From positions 6,834 through 70,833 of the forward strand of contig CAYWJQ010000005.1 in the NCBI GenBank assembly GCA_964458595.1: DNA of 64,000 nt, read 5' to 3'. The notes beneath the pieces are model-generated. The model saw only the letters and a list, made by a program, of their open reading frames with translations, ran no database searches and had not been told where the DNA came from. Position numbers and translations under genes: made by a program. Shown here piece by piece: positions 1 to 9,874 of the stretch (position 1 is its first letter; each line of letters begins with the position of its first letter). The DNA is from an uncultured Thermoplasmata archaeon. Lineage in GTDB: Archaea; Thermoplasmatota; Thermoplasmata; Halarchaeoplasmatales; Halarchaeoplasmataceae.

Positions 1-1
1 G

Positions 2-568
2 ATGGCTAGCAGCGGGGCCGATATGATAGAATTGAACCTCAGTTGTCCACACGCCGAAGGATACGGCGCTTCGATAGCATCTGACCACGAGATCATGGAA
101 GAGGTTATCCACAGCGTGGATAAAAGGATAGATAAGCCCCTTCTCTCCAAACTCCCGCCTTCGACCGAGATAGACGTGAAAGCGAGGATAGCGGAGGAAA
201 GCGGGTCTGACGGTATCGTTTGTATAAATACCGTGAGAGCCATGTCTATCAACTTTGAAACTCAGAAGCCGATCCTGGGAAATAAATTCGGCGGATACAG
301 CGGACCCGGGATAAAGCCTATCGGGATAAGATGCGTGTATGAAGTTTACGAGGAAGTCGAGATACCGATCATAGGATGCGGTGGTATAACCACTGGGAGA
401 GACGCATTAGAATACATTTTGGCGGGGGCGTCGGCACTGCAGTTGGGCACTTCCATCCGTTATAGAGGAAAAAGAGTTCCAAAAAATATAGCTGAAGAGA
501 TGAAGGGTCTCATGGAAAAAGAAAATATAGAAACTGTTGAAAACGTGGTTGGGGGAGCACACGAATAG
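2..568 (+). CDS. pyrD: Dihydroorotate dehydrogenase family 1 catalytic subunit (5'-partial)
   Basis: Motifs ELNLSCPH, INTV, GGYSGPGIKP and IIGCGGI of class 1 DHODH; the ORF runs off the window start. Confidence 0.9.
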   Translation: MASSGADMIELNLSCPHAEGYGASIASDHEIMEEVIHSVDKRIDKPLLSKLPPSTEIDVKARIAEESGSDGIVCINTVRAMSINFETQKPILGNKFGGYSGPGIKPIGIRCVYEVYEEVEIPIIGCGGITTGRDALEYILAGASALQLGTSIRYRGKRVPKNIAEEMKGLMEKENIETVENVVGGAHE

Positions 569-636
569 GGCAAAAAGTTATAGTTGAGGGGCGAAATTTA
601 AAGTATTGAAAGTGAAAATAGGAAAGGGTACTTATA

Positions 637-1344
637 ATGAATATGAAAGGGCAAGACCCCGAAGAATTCGTCGAAAAACAGGAGATCGGTGATTTTACTT
701 CTGTCATGGTTAACTTCTATAGGGGCGAAGTTCAAAGAGCCTATACCTGGAGAACTAGGTTAGACAGAACCACTAATTGGGCGATTATAATACTGTCTGT
801 TCTCATCACATGGGTTTTCAGCAGTCCGAGTAGGCCTCATGAACTACTCCTTTTTTCAATGATATTCATGTTGGTCTTGTTGATAATTGAGGCTAGAAGG
901 TATAGATTCTATAACGTGTGGGCTAGTCGGATCAAAGTTTTAGAAGAGAACTTCATCGCAAAGGCATTATCCCCAGAAGAAGAGGTGACAAGCAGAGAAT
1001 GGATGGAAACTTTGGCGAGAAATCTGAAACAACCTCACTTTTTGATCCCGCTGTGGAGTGCAATATCACATAGACTTAGAAGAATTTATGTTTGGTTATT
1101 TTCGATCACGATCATACTCTGGTTGGGTAAACTTAGTATGCATCCAACGCCAGCAAGTGGATTAAGTGAGGTTATTTCTCGAGCGCAGATGTCTACTCTG
1201 CCAGGTTATGTTATTTTTTTGATAGTAATGATTTTTTATGGTGCGACCATAATCTTAGCACTGTTAGGTGCGGGATTTGAAGAGAGAAAGAGCAAAATCA
1301 TCGCCGACGAAGAATCCAGGAAAGAATGGAAAGAAAAGATGTGA
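637..1344 (+). CDS. DUF2270-like integral membrane protein
   Basis: N-terminal 'FYRGEVQRAYTWRTRLDRTTNWA' and 'EARRYRFY' motifs recalled for DUF2270; about 4 hydrophobic segments. Confidence 0.75.
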   Translation: MNMKGQDPEEFVEKQEIGDFTSVMVNFYRGEVQRAYTWRTRLDRTTNWAIIILSVLITWVFSSPSRPHELLLFSMIFMLVLLIIEARRYRFYNVWASRIKVLEENFIAKALSPEEEVTSREWMETLARNLKQPHFLIPLWSAISHRLRRIYVWLFSITIILWLGKLSMHPTPASGLSEVISRAQMSTLPGYVIFLIVMIFYGATIILALLGAGFEERKSKIIADEESRKEWKEKM

Positions 1345-1386
1345 AAATCGCAAACTTATTAAGACTCAATCGATTTAAATTTGCAG

Positions 1387-2010
1387 ATGAAAGTAGAAAA
1401 ACAAAGAATGATCACCAAGGGTGCGGAAGCCGAAGTGTGGAAAGGCGAGTGGAGAGAAAGAGATATCGTCATCAAGAAGAGAGTCAAAAAGGGTTACCGC
1501 CATCCTGAACTCGATGAAAAAGTAAGAAAGATGAGGGTGAGAAAGGAGGCTCGACTGCTCAGAGAAGCTAGAAAGGCCGGAGTTCCCGTACCGATCATCT
1601 ACGACCTTCACGAAGGGAAAACGAGACTCGTGATACAATATTTTGAAGGAAAAAGAGTCATGGACTGTATCGAGGAAAACATCGACGTCGACCTGAAAAA
1701 GATAGGAAAGTATATAGGTAGACTCCACCAGGTAGGGATAACTCACGGAGATCTTACCACTTCAAATATTCTCTACGATCGAAAAAAGGGTACTCATTGC
1801 TTCATCGATTTCAGTTTGGGAAGAAAGGATTCTTCTAAAGAGGATATGGGAGTCGATCTTCATCTTTTAAGAGAAGCTCTCGTCAGTGTCCATGACGATC
1901 CTCTTACGCTCTTCGAACGAGTCATTTCAGGATATAAAGAAGCCTTCAAAGACCATTCTCAAGTCGAAGACTGGATAAATAAGATAGAGGGTAGAGGTAG
2001 ATACCAATGA
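1387..2010 (+). CDS. bud32: KEOPS complex kinase Bud32 (Kae1-associated kinase)
   Basis: KGAEA, 'GYRHPELD' and HGDLTTSNI motifs; ATG at 1387 preferred over TTG at 1381. Confidence 0.92.
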   Translation: MKVEKQRMITKGAEAEVWKGEWRERDIVIKKRVKKGYRHPELDEKVRKMRVRKEARLLREARKAGVPVPIIYDLHEGKTRLVIQYFEGKRVMDCIEENIDVDLKKIGKYIGRLHQVGITHGDLTTSNILYDRKKGTHCFIDFSLGRKDSSKEDMGVDLHLLREALVSVHDDPLTLFERVISGYKEAFKDHSQVEDWINKIEGRGRYQ

Positions 2011-2558
2011 TAGATGAAACGATGACCGTGGTCACCTCTAATGAAGGAAAATATCGTGAATATAGAAAGAAGTTGAGCGAGCATTACAGCGAAGTCGAGA
2101 TGAAAAATGTAGAGTATCCGGAGATCCAAACCGACGATTTGGAGGAAGTCGTAAATTTCGTATTAGACGAACTATCGGATCACGCACCTCTGATAATCGA
2201 CGACAGCGGTCTTTTCGTTGACGCGCTTAAAGGTTTTCCGGGGGTTTACTCTTCTTACGCGATGAAAACCCTAGGATGTGATGGGATCTTATCGCTGATG
2301 CAGGGTCGCAAAAAAAGGAGCGCTAGATTCGAGTGCGTTATCGGATTTTTAGGCGAGGAAAGGAAGTTATTCAAGGGAAAATCTGAAGGGAAGATAACCC
2401 ATGAAAAAAGAGGTTCGGGTGGATTCGGTTACGATCCGATCTTTGAACCCGAGGAGTACGAAAGGACCTACGCGGAACTGAGCAGTGAAGAGAAAAATGA
2501 GATAAGCCACCGCGGAAGGGCTATGGAAAAATTTTTGGAGTTCATGAGAGCCCGATGA
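2007..2558 (+). CDS. rdgB: XTP/dITP diphosphatase (RdgB/HAM1 family)
   Basis: TSNEGKY, DDSGL, GFPGVYS, GFGYDPIF and C-terminal SHRG motifs. Confidence 0.95.
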   Translation: MIDETMTVVTSNEGKYREYRKKLSEHYSEVEMKNVEYPEIQTDDLEEVVNFVLDELSDHAPLIIDDSGLFVDALKGFPGVYSSYAMKTLGCDGILSLMQGRKKRSARFECVIGFLGEERKLFKGKSEGKITHEKRGSGGFGYDPIFEPEEYERTYAELSSEEKNEISHRGRAMEKFLEFMRAR

Positions 2559-2566
2559 TCTTTTCT

Positions 2567-3190
2567 TCAATCCAAAACCAATGAAGTTATCTCTTCCGGT
2601 TCTTTCACGACGTGATCCGCTCTTTTAGCTTCTTCTCCGCCATATCCGTATTTGGCCCCTATACTCGTGACTCCCGCTTGCTCGGCGGCCTCGATATCAT
2701 GGTACCTGTCCCCGACCATGAAGGTCTTATCCGGAGAGTGATCTTTTACCAGATCTTCTATCCGTTCGGCTTTCGTTTTTTCCTCTAGATATCCTTTTAC
2801 GGAGAAAAAATGATCTTCGATAGACGTAGTCTTGAGAACATCTTGTATATAATCATCTCGTCCGTTAGAGCATATGGCCAATTCAACGTCTTCCCTTTCA
2901 AGAGTTTCTAACATTTCTCTCACGCCGGTGTAAAGAGTGGCCTTTTTCGGGATCCACTCCCTTTCTTTTTCGACTATAGCTTGTTCTATCTGGCCATTCA
3001 AGTGATACTTCTCTTCCGGCACCAGATTCCTTATTATCTGTTCTGTCGGTTCACCGAATTGATTCAAAATTACGTCTTTAGAAAGTTTTATATCGAACTT
3101 TTCAAAAGCCTCTTTCAAAGCCGGAACGCTGACTATCTCCGTCTTGTAAAGCGTTCCGTCCAGATCAAATACCACTAATTTCTTATCCAT
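2567..3190 (-). CDS. HAD-superfamily hydrolase (phosphoglycolate phosphatase-like)
   Basis: DLDGTL motif I, CSN motif II and MVGDRYHD motif IV. Confidence 0.88.
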   Translation of the reverse strand: MDKKLVVFDLDGTLYKTEIVSVPALKEAFEKFDIKLSKDVILNQFGEPTEQIIRNLVPEEKYHLNGQIEQAIVEKEREWIPKKATLYTGVREMLETLEREDVELAICSNGRDDYIQDVLKTTSIEDHFFSVKGYLEEKTKAERIEDLVKDHSPDKTFMVGDRYHDIEAAEQAGVTSIGAKYGYGGEEAKRADHVVKEPEEITSLVLD

Positions 3191-3193
3191 CTT

Positions 3194-4117
3194 TCATCCC
3201 CTCATCCGTTCCAAATCTTCCCTGATCTGACACGCCTTACATTTGTCTTTCATAGCCGGTTCCCCGCATTCTTCGCACCTGTCCAATTTTTCCCCATCGT
3301 CATACTTCTCTCTCATCGGCTTCTTGATCTTTTCATAGGCGCTCAATATAGAAAATTTAGCTCCGGGCGTGTTATCTTCTAGTTCACCGATGATATCTCG
3401 ATATAGGCCACGAAGTGCTGTTTTTGCGTAAGGACACTCCTGTTCGTGAACGTCCATATCGCTGATGAGCGCGTACAGATATGTTTCTTTTTCAGTGACT
3501 TTTCTTAGAGGATTGATCCTCGGTACCAAACCTTCCTTCACTTCATCGTGAGGAGCTAACCTCGCCATCTTTTTCATATCGGCCCTACAAAAATTCATGA
3601 GTATGGTTTGAGAAGTATCGTCCAGATTCAATCCGGTCGCTAGAAGATCCACATCAGCCTTTTTCGCCATCCTATTCATCATCCATCTTCTAAAGACGCC
3701 GCAGACCGAACACGGCATACCCAGGTCTTCATATTCCATCATCGCATCCAACGGAAGGTCGAGTTCTTCTTCGAAGGACTTTATCTGATAGTCGAGACCC
3801 AATTTTTCGTACTCTCTCTCGGCTATCTTCAAGCTTCTCGGTCGATAGCCTTCTATACCTTCATCTATAGTGATGCCGTACAGCCTGCTGTCTCTTCTCT
3901 CTTCCGTTATCTTGTGGAGCATCCTGAGAGCGACGATGCTGTCCTTTCCTCCGGAAACAGCCACGCCGATGTCCTTTCCTCTTCCGAGATCGACTTGTTT
4001 TCTAAACTCTTTGAACACTTTGGTCTCGAAGAAATCTTTGAAATGGTCTTCACAAAGGTGCTCTCCGCTGTAACGGATGTAGGTCACGGCTGGTTCTTCG
4101 CATCTACTGCAGTCCAT
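3194..4117 (-). CDS. ncsA: tRNA 2-thiolation protein, TtuA/NcsA/Ctu1 family (TIGR00269-like)
   Basis: PP-loop SGGKDS, central CSVC, N-terminal CSRC..LCEDH and C-terminal CEEC..CKAC Zn fingers; start trimmed to MDCSRC. Confidence 0.88.
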   Translation of the reverse strand: MDCSRCEEPAVTYIRYSGEHLCEDHFKDFFETKVFKEFRKQVDLGRGKDIGVAVSGGKDSIVALRMLHKITEERRDSRLYGITIDEGIEGYRPRSLKIAEREYEKLGLDYQIKSFEEELDLPLDAMMEYEDLGMPCSVCGVFRRWMMNRMAKKADVDLLATGLNLDDTSQTILMNFCRADMKKMARLAPHDEVKEGLVPRINPLRKVTEKETYLYALISDMDVHEQECPYAKTALRGLYRDIIGELEDNTPGAKFSILSAYEKIKKPMREKYDDGEKLDRCEECGEPAMKDKCKACQIREDLERMRG

Positions 4118-4215
4118 CGAATTCGACTTATCGATTTTTATATTTAAAGGTTGGTGAAGCATGTATATGATAGGCAATTATTTTATATGCTTACATCGTT
4201 AATTAGGTTGGTAGG

Positions 4216-5685
4216 ATGAAAAAGGCTCTCATAGGATATAAAGTAGTATTAGTGATATTTGTCGTTATAATACTCGTGATAGCGGCTCTCTCTATTTTAC
4301 CAGTAGCTAGAGGCGATATATCGGTTGAACCCGTACAGGAGGGGGTCGATTGGGAGATCAAGGACAACGAATTGACCGCCAAGGGCAAAGTCTGGATGAA
4401 CAACTCTGGAAATTTTGATCTCGAAGATATCGAATTAGACCTTAATCTAGAGATACTCCAAAAACTTTACGTGAATTCTACGAAAGAAGTGGGGGAGATA
4501 AAAGTGGGGGAGGAAAGGTTAGTGACTCTCAGTTTTTCTAAAGATATCGAAGACATCTCGGACGAAGTGATGGATCATCTTATCCATAACCAAACCGATA
4601 TCAATATAAGCGTTGGATTTCGTGGAAAATACACTTTCTCGCTGTTCACTTTTGACGTGACTCAGGAAGACACTCTATCGTGGGGAGGGTTAATAGAGAC
4701 GCTAGAATACAATCCAGAGGAAGCTGACATTTCTAAAAGCGGAGAGAATTATCTCATAACCGTTCCAGTTCAGGTGAGTACCAATGACGTCATCAGTGGA
4801 ACAGTCGATATAAATTCAGATGTTTCATGGGAAACCGACGTTTCACCGATAGCGACCGATCAAACTTCCATCGAATTGGGAACCTCTGAGGATTTCGATC
4901 TTACTTTTGAAATCGATCAGAACGAAATGGAGGACTTCATCGATAGAAGTGGTACTTTGATATTTACATCCCAGATGGTGCTGCGGGGAAGCGATTTTTC
5001 TTTCGACCTGGAAAGAACGATAGACTATACGCCTGTGCTCGAAGACTATCAATTCCATACCGACAATGCGACTTTAGAAGAATCAACGGGGACTTCTGAT
5101 TATCTTTTGAATATACCATACAACCTTAAAACGAATGAAAACGATTTTCTTTCCGGCAGTATCGAATTGACGACGGTAATGGAGAACAAAACAGGGGCGA
5201 TAAGTTCTAGTGATCAGATATCGATAACATTGGGAGAAGACAGAAACTCTGAATTAAAATTTCAGATAAGTGAAAGCGGCGTGGAAAGCCTTATAACTAA
5301 TTCCCAAGAGATCCAATTTTCCTACATAATATCTAAAGACGACCTGACTTTGACAAGTTCTAGGGTTTTCGAGTGGGGAGCGCCGATGAATGATCTAAGG
5401 GTAGAAAACCTGGAATATGATCGAGGGAGCGAGGTCGTTTCCGGAAATATCAGATTCAAAAACGACAGCCCAGATAGTGTCAATTTCGATCTGACTTTGA
5501 CGATCTATAATCAAGCTGGAGATGTGATAGGTGAAAAGACTTCCTCCTTCACAGCAGAGGCCGGCGAAAACTTTGACGAAGAGATCCAGGTTTCGATAGA
5601 TTCGGGAGAAGTACCGTATGAAGGAGAAATGGAGATACAACACGAAGGGACGGGTTACACCTACACGGAGGTGCATCAATTATGA
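4216..5685 (+). CDS. Hypothetical N-terminally anchored extracellular protein with repeated beta-sandwich (LEA-2/Ig-like) segments
   Basis: One N-terminal hydrophobic helix, then an acidic beta-rich sequence with two similar internal segments and many N-x-S/T sequons. Confidence 0.6.
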   Translation: MKKALIGYKVVLVIFVVIILVIAALSILPVARGDISVEPVQEGVDWEIKDNELTAKGKVWMNNSGNFDLEDIELDLNLEILQKLYVNSTKEVGEIKVGEERLVTLSFSKDIEDISDEVMDHLIHNQTDINISVGFRGKYTFSLFTFDVTQEDTLSWGGLIETLEYNPEEADISKSGENYLITVPVQVSTNDVISGTVDINSDVSWETDVSPIATDQTSIELGTSEDFDLTFEIDQNEMEDFIDRSGTLIFTSQMVLRGSDFSFDLERTIDYTPVLEDYQFHTDNATLEESTGTSDYLLNIPYNLKTNENDFLSGSIELTTVMENKTGAISSSDQISITLGEDRNSELKFQISESGVESLITNSQEIQFSYIISKDDLTLTSSRVFEWGAPMNDLRVENLEYDRGSEVVSGNIRFKNDSPDSVNFDLTLTIYNQAGDVIGEKTSSFTAEAGENFDEEIQVSIDSGEVPYEGEMEIQHEGTGYTYTEVHQL

Positions 5686-6146
5686 ATAACGAAAGAGGAT
5701 ACATCAAACCTATAATCTGGTCAGTACTTTATTTCCTCGTTTTCGTGGTGCTCATGGCGGGGATGATATACTACATCAGAAGTTCTTACAGTGGTTTTGC
5801 CGGCATATTCAACAATACGATCATATACGTTATCGTTTTGGGAACTTTAGTGTCCGTTTTCGGTGGTATAACTGCCTACTTCCACAAAGGTGAGATGTTT
5901 AGGATGGTCGCCGGGATAGTAAAAGTACTGTTCATCATCGGTTACTCCTTGGCCTTTTACTACAGCCTCGATATTACCTTAACGATGCAAGGTATAACCG
6001 CTTCGATATCGATGCCTGGAATAATCAATCTAACTTTAATCCTGCTCATCATCTACGCCCTCTATTTCGTATTGGAGTACAGACTTTACAAAGAAGATGA
6101 AAAAGCAAAAGAGATGGAGGATGATGAGGACGTTCCCGCCTATTAG
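5682..6146 (+). CDS. Hypothetical membrane protein (4 TM)
   Basis: Four hydrophobic helices; 4-nt ATGA overlap with the upstream gene implies coupling. Confidence 0.7.
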   Translation: MNNERGYIKPIIWSVLYFLVFVVLMAGMIYYIRSSYSGFAGIFNNTIIYVIVLGTLVSVFGGITAYFHKGEMFRMVAGIVKVLFIIGYSLAFYYSLDITLTMQGITASISMPGIINLTLILLIIYALYFVLEYRLYKEDEKAKEMEDDEDVPAY

Positions 6147-6198
6147 AGAAAGTTAACTTATTTATAGACCTATAGTCTCTAGTTTTTTCCGTGGTAAG

Positions 6199-6969
6199 AT
6201 GATAGATGACGCTAAAGTGACCGAATGCATAACGGATAGATATTTTGAAGAATTCTCAGATCATACTGAAGTAGATGTCGCTATAGCCGGCGCCGGTCCT
6301 GCCGGTCTGACGGCTGGAAGGTATCTTGCCGAGAAAGGATACCAGGTCGCGATCTTTGAAAGAAAATTGTCTCCGGGAGGAGGCATGTGGGGTGGTGGAA
6401 TGGGTTATCCCATCGTAGTGGTACAGGAGGGATCAGTCGAGGAACTGAAAAAAGTGGGGGTTGACGTAACAGATGAAGGTGACGGATATTATACCGCCGA
6501 TTCTATAAGCTCAGTAGCAAATCTTCTATCTTCGGCTATCGACTCCGGTGTCAGGATATTTAACATGGTCACCGTCGAGGACGTGCTCTACGAAAAAGAG
6601 AGAGTGAACGGATTCGTGATCAACTCTTCTCCGATAGAGATGGCCGGACTTCATGTAGATCCGATAACTATCCGGGCAGAAGCTACCCTTGACGCCACGG
6701 GTCACGATGCCGAGGTCTGTTCAGTCGTCGAGGAAAAGGCCGGCGAACTGGAGACCCAAGAGGGGAAAGTAGTAGGGGAAAAGTCGATGTGGGCGGAAGT
6801 CGGTGAAAAAACCGTCGTTGAAAACACTGAAGAGGTATTTCCAGGTCTTTGGGTCACCGGGATGTGTGCCAATGCGGTCATGGGGGCCCCCAGGATGGGA
6901 CCGATCTTCGGTGGTATGCTCCTATCAGGAAAAAAAGCCGCCGAGTTGATCGCCTCCGAGCTCGAATAA
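6199..6969 (+). CDS. thi4: Sulfide-dependent adenosine diphosphate thiazole synthase (Thi4)
   Basis: GAGPAGL, GGGMWGGG, GLHVDP, DATGHD and PRMGPIFGGM motifs. Confidence 0.93.
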   Translation: MIDDAKVTECITDRYFEEFSDHTEVDVAIAGAGPAGLTAGRYLAEKGYQVAIFERKLSPGGGMWGGGMGYPIVVVQEGSVEELKKVGVDVTDEGDGYYTADSISSVANLLSSAIDSGVRIFNMVTVEDVLYEKERVNGFVINSSPIEMAGLHVDPITIRAEATLDATGHDAEVCSVVEEKAGELETQEGKVVGEKSMWAEVGEKTVVENTEEVFPGLWVTGMCANAVMGAPRMGPIFGGMLLSGKKAAELIASELE

Positions 6970-7028
6970 GAGGTCATAACAGGGAAAATTAATATACCAG
7001 AGTCCGAACTTATTTAAAGTGTCGAAAG

Positions 7029-8117
7029 ATGAACGAAACGAACTCTAGAGAAGGCAAAAAAGAAGAATTCAGCAAATTCAAGAGCATGGAATTACCCAGA
7101 AACGTAGTCGTCGGAAAGGACGCTTTAGAGAACGTCGGTGCTACCTGCGATAAACTCGAATTGAAGAAAGATGCGATGATAGTCTGTGATCCCGTAACTA
7201 GAAAGGTCGCGGGAGATAAAGTCGCAGATATTCTTGCAGAGGATGATTACGAAGTCAAGGTGAAGGAGATCGATGATGCGGATCAGGATAATGTTGATAG
7301 GATCACTGAAGATATCGACGAAAGTACAGGATTCCTCTTGGGAGTAGGTGGAGGAAAACCGATTGATGTGGCTAAATACTCTTCTCATCTCGAAGATATA
7401 CCTTTCATAAGCATACCTACGGCTTCGTCTCACGACGGGATAGCTTCGGGTCGAGCTTCTATCGAAAGGAACGGTAACAAAACGTCGGTGGGCGCTCACA
7501 GCCCTCTCGGTATGATAGCCGATACCGGTATAATTGCAGACGGCCCGAACAGATTGATGTCCGCGGGATGCGGCGATATAATCGCCAACGCTACGGCGGT
7601 AAAGGATTGGAAACTGGCTAGGAGATTGAGAAATGAAGATTTCTCTCATTACGCCGCCAACCTGTCCAAGATGACGTCAGATATACTGATGAGGAACGTG
7701 GGCAGTTTAAAACCGGGGCTCCAAGAGAGTGCTTGGCAGGTCGTCAAGGCGCTCGTCAGTTCCAGCGTCGCTATGAGTATAGCCGGAACTTCACGTCCCG
7801 CCAGCGGAAGCGAACATAAGTTCAGCCACGCCATGGATGAGGTGGCTGAAGAACCAGCTTTACACGGCGAGCAGTGTGGGGTGGGCACTATAATAATGAT
7901 GTATCTTCACGGAGGGGATTGGAAAAAGATAAAGGAAGCCCTTCAAGCCGTAGAAGCCCCGACCACGGCTAGAGGGTTAGAGGTCGAGGAGGAAGAAGTT
8001 CTAGAGGCTTTGATCAAAGCCCCTACTATAAGACCCGGCAGATATACTATCCTTGGAAACAGGAAGATGAATAGAGATGCGGCCGAAGAAGCCGCAAAAG
8101 AAACAGGAGTTATTTGA
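7029..8117 (+). CDS. egsA: NAD(P)-dependent sn-glycerol-1-phosphate dehydrogenase
   Basis: GVGGGKPID, SHDGIAS, SGSEHKFSHA and HGEQ motifs. Confidence 0.95.
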   Translation: MNETNSREGKKEEFSKFKSMELPRNVVVGKDALENVGATCDKLELKKDAMIVCDPVTRKVAGDKVADILAEDDYEVKVKEIDDADQDNVDRITEDIDESTGFLLGVGGGKPIDVAKYSSHLEDIPFISIPTASSHDGIASGRASIERNGNKTSVGAHSPLGMIADTGIIADGPNRLMSAGCGDIIANATAVKDWKLARRLRNEDFSHYAANLSKMTSDILMRNVGSLKPGLQESAWQVVKALVSSSVAMSIAGTSRPASGSEHKFSHAMDEVAEEPALHGEQCGVGTIIMMYLHGGDWKKIKEALQAVEAPTTARGLEVEEEEVLEALIKAPTIRPGRYTILGNRKMNRDAAEEAAKETGVI

Positions 8118-8134
8118 ATAGGAGGTGTCAATAT

Positions 8135-8560
8135 ATGAGTTCTGTAACTTTGATCGGAAAAAATCTAGCAAAAGAAGGTTTGACTTTCAGGTTTAGTGGA
8201 TGTCTTTCACGATGTCAAAGCTGCGAACTGAAGAACTCGTGCTGCGGACTGGAAAAGAACAAGTGGTACAAGGTCGTTGGAGTTCGAGACAAGAACCACG
8301 AATGCAAGGTTCATCATGGAGAAGTCAAAGTCGTCGATGTGGAACAGGTACCCGTCAAAACCGCCGCTTCAGAAAGATCTGTTATAGAAGGATCGGTTAT
8401 CACGTTGGAAGACAAAGAATGCAGCGAACTGGACTGCGAACACTACGACTTGTGTCATCCGCCCGGTGTCGAATTCGGGACCAAATACAATGTGAAAGAA
8501 GCCGGAGATAAAATAGAGTGTAGTGAAGGAAAAGATCTCAAACTAGCGAAATTGATGTAA
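8135..8560 (+). CDS. UPF0179 family protein
   Basis: 'VTLIG..LAKEG..F.F' N-terminus with conserved Cys pattern; GGAGGTG SD at 8121-8127 supports ATG 8135. Confidence 0.85.
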   Translation: MSSVTLIGKNLAKEGLTFRFSGCLSRCQSCELKNSCCGLEKNKWYKVVGVRDKNHECKVHHGEVKVVDVEQVPVKTAASERSVIEGSVITLEDKECSELDCEHYDLCHPPGVEFGTKYNVKEAGDKIECSEGKDLKLAKLM

Positions 8561-8604
8561 AAACTAAGAACTATTTGGAAAAAGTTAAGGAGATCAATTT
8601 CTCC

Positions 8605-9768
8605 TTATTTTCCCCTTATCTTATCGAACCAACTTTTATTTTTCTCTTTTTCGAGCTCTTCAAAACGTTCTAATATCTCCTTCTGTTCGTCCGTCAGGTC
8701 GTCGGGGACTTTCACGTTTATCTTTACCAATTGATTTCCGTATCCGCTGCCCCTCTGTCTTTTAAGACCTTTATCGGGTATCCTGAGTAGATCATCCGGC
8801 TGAGTACCCGTGGGAACTTCGACTTCAGCTTTTCCTTCCAAAGTGGGCACTTTTATCTTGGTTCCGAGAGCGGCTTCGGTCATGGTCACGTCTGCTTCGG
8901 TGAGTACGTCATCACCTCTCCTTTCGAATTTTTCGGAGGGTCTCACTCTCAATGTAACGTAAAGATCTCCCGGCTTACCACCTCTAGGGGCGGCTTCGCC
9001 TTTACCCCTGATCCTAAGTTTAGTTCCATCCTTCGCTCCCGTGGGTACATCGATAGTGATAGTCTCTGTCTTTTCTACCACGCCGCTGCCGCCGCATTTG
9101 GGACATGGGTTTTCGACAATCTCCCCCATCCCGTCACATCTATCACATTCTGTTATCCTAACGAACTGTTGGAAACCTCTTCTCTGAGCCTGTTTGACTT
9201 CTCCGGCACCGCCACATTTAGGACAGGTCTTGGTACCCCCGGTCTTGCTGCCGCTGCCGCCGCATTCTTCACACTTCGCTTTACGGTTCAATTTGACCGT
9301 CTTTTCCGTGCCCTCTCTTACGTCTTTAAGATCAACCTCGAATCTCATCTGAAGGTCTTTCCCGCGATTCTGTTTTTTTCTATCACGTCTTCTGCGGCCA
9401 CCGAAAAAACTACTGAATATATCTTCGACACTCTGGCCGCCTCTACTGCGTCTTCCTCCAAACAGATCCGAAAAAATATCTTCGACATCGCCTCGGTGGG
9501 AGAAGTCGGACCAGTCGAAATCTCCTCCTCCGAATTCCTGTTTTACGCCCTGTTTACCGTATTGATCGTATCTCTTCCTTTTTTCCTCGTCAGCTAAGAC
9601 TTCATAAGCTTCCGAGATGTTTTTAAATTTCTCTCTAGCCTCGTCCGCGTTGTCTGGATTCTTATCCGGATGATATTTTTTAGCCTTCTTCCTGTAAGCT
9701 TTCTTGATCTCGTCCTGCGACGCGTCTCGATCAACTCCCAGAATGTCGTAATAATCCTCATCAGTCAT
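8605..9768 (-). CDS. dnaJ: Molecular chaperone DnaJ
   Basis: J-domain HPD, G/F-rich linker and four CxxCxGxG repeats. Confidence 0.97.
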   Translation of the reverse strand: MTDEDYYDILGVDRDASQDEIKKAYRKKAKKYHPDKNPDNADEAREKFKNISEAYEVLADEEKRKRYDQYGKQGVKQEFGGGDFDWSDFSHRGDVEDIFSDLFGGRRSRGGQSVEDIFSSFFGGRRRRDRKKQNRGKDLQMRFEVDLKDVREGTEKTVKLNRKAKCEECGGSGSKTGGTKTCPKCGGAGEVKQAQRRGFQQFVRITECDRCDGMGEIVENPCPKCGGSGVVEKTETITIDVPTGAKDGTKLRIRGKGEAAPRGGKPGDLYVTLRVRPSEKFERRGDDVLTEADVTMTEAALGTKIKVPTLEGKAEVEVPTGTQPDDLLRIPDKGLKRQRGSGYGNQLVKINVKVPDDLTDEQKEILERFEELEKEKNKSWFDKIRGK

Positions 9769-9859
9769 GGTTTTCCCGCGTTTCTTGAGTCAGGGGGATT
9801 CGTACTTTACAGCTCAATGAAATAGTTTTCCATTGGAAATTCGGATCTAAATAGTAAGT

Positions 9860-9874
9860 AAAGGAAAGGGGTTT
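9860..9874 (-). terminator. A-run plus pyrimidine tract (AAACCCCTTTCCTTT) after dnaK
   Basis: Directly follows the dnaK TAA on the minus strand. Confidence 0.45.

Noticed and set aside
1801-1821. Bud32 has DFS in place of the kinase DFG motif
   Set aside because: The catalytic Asp and the HGDLTTSN loop are intact; a single Gly-to-Ser change is not enough to claim a pseudokinase.
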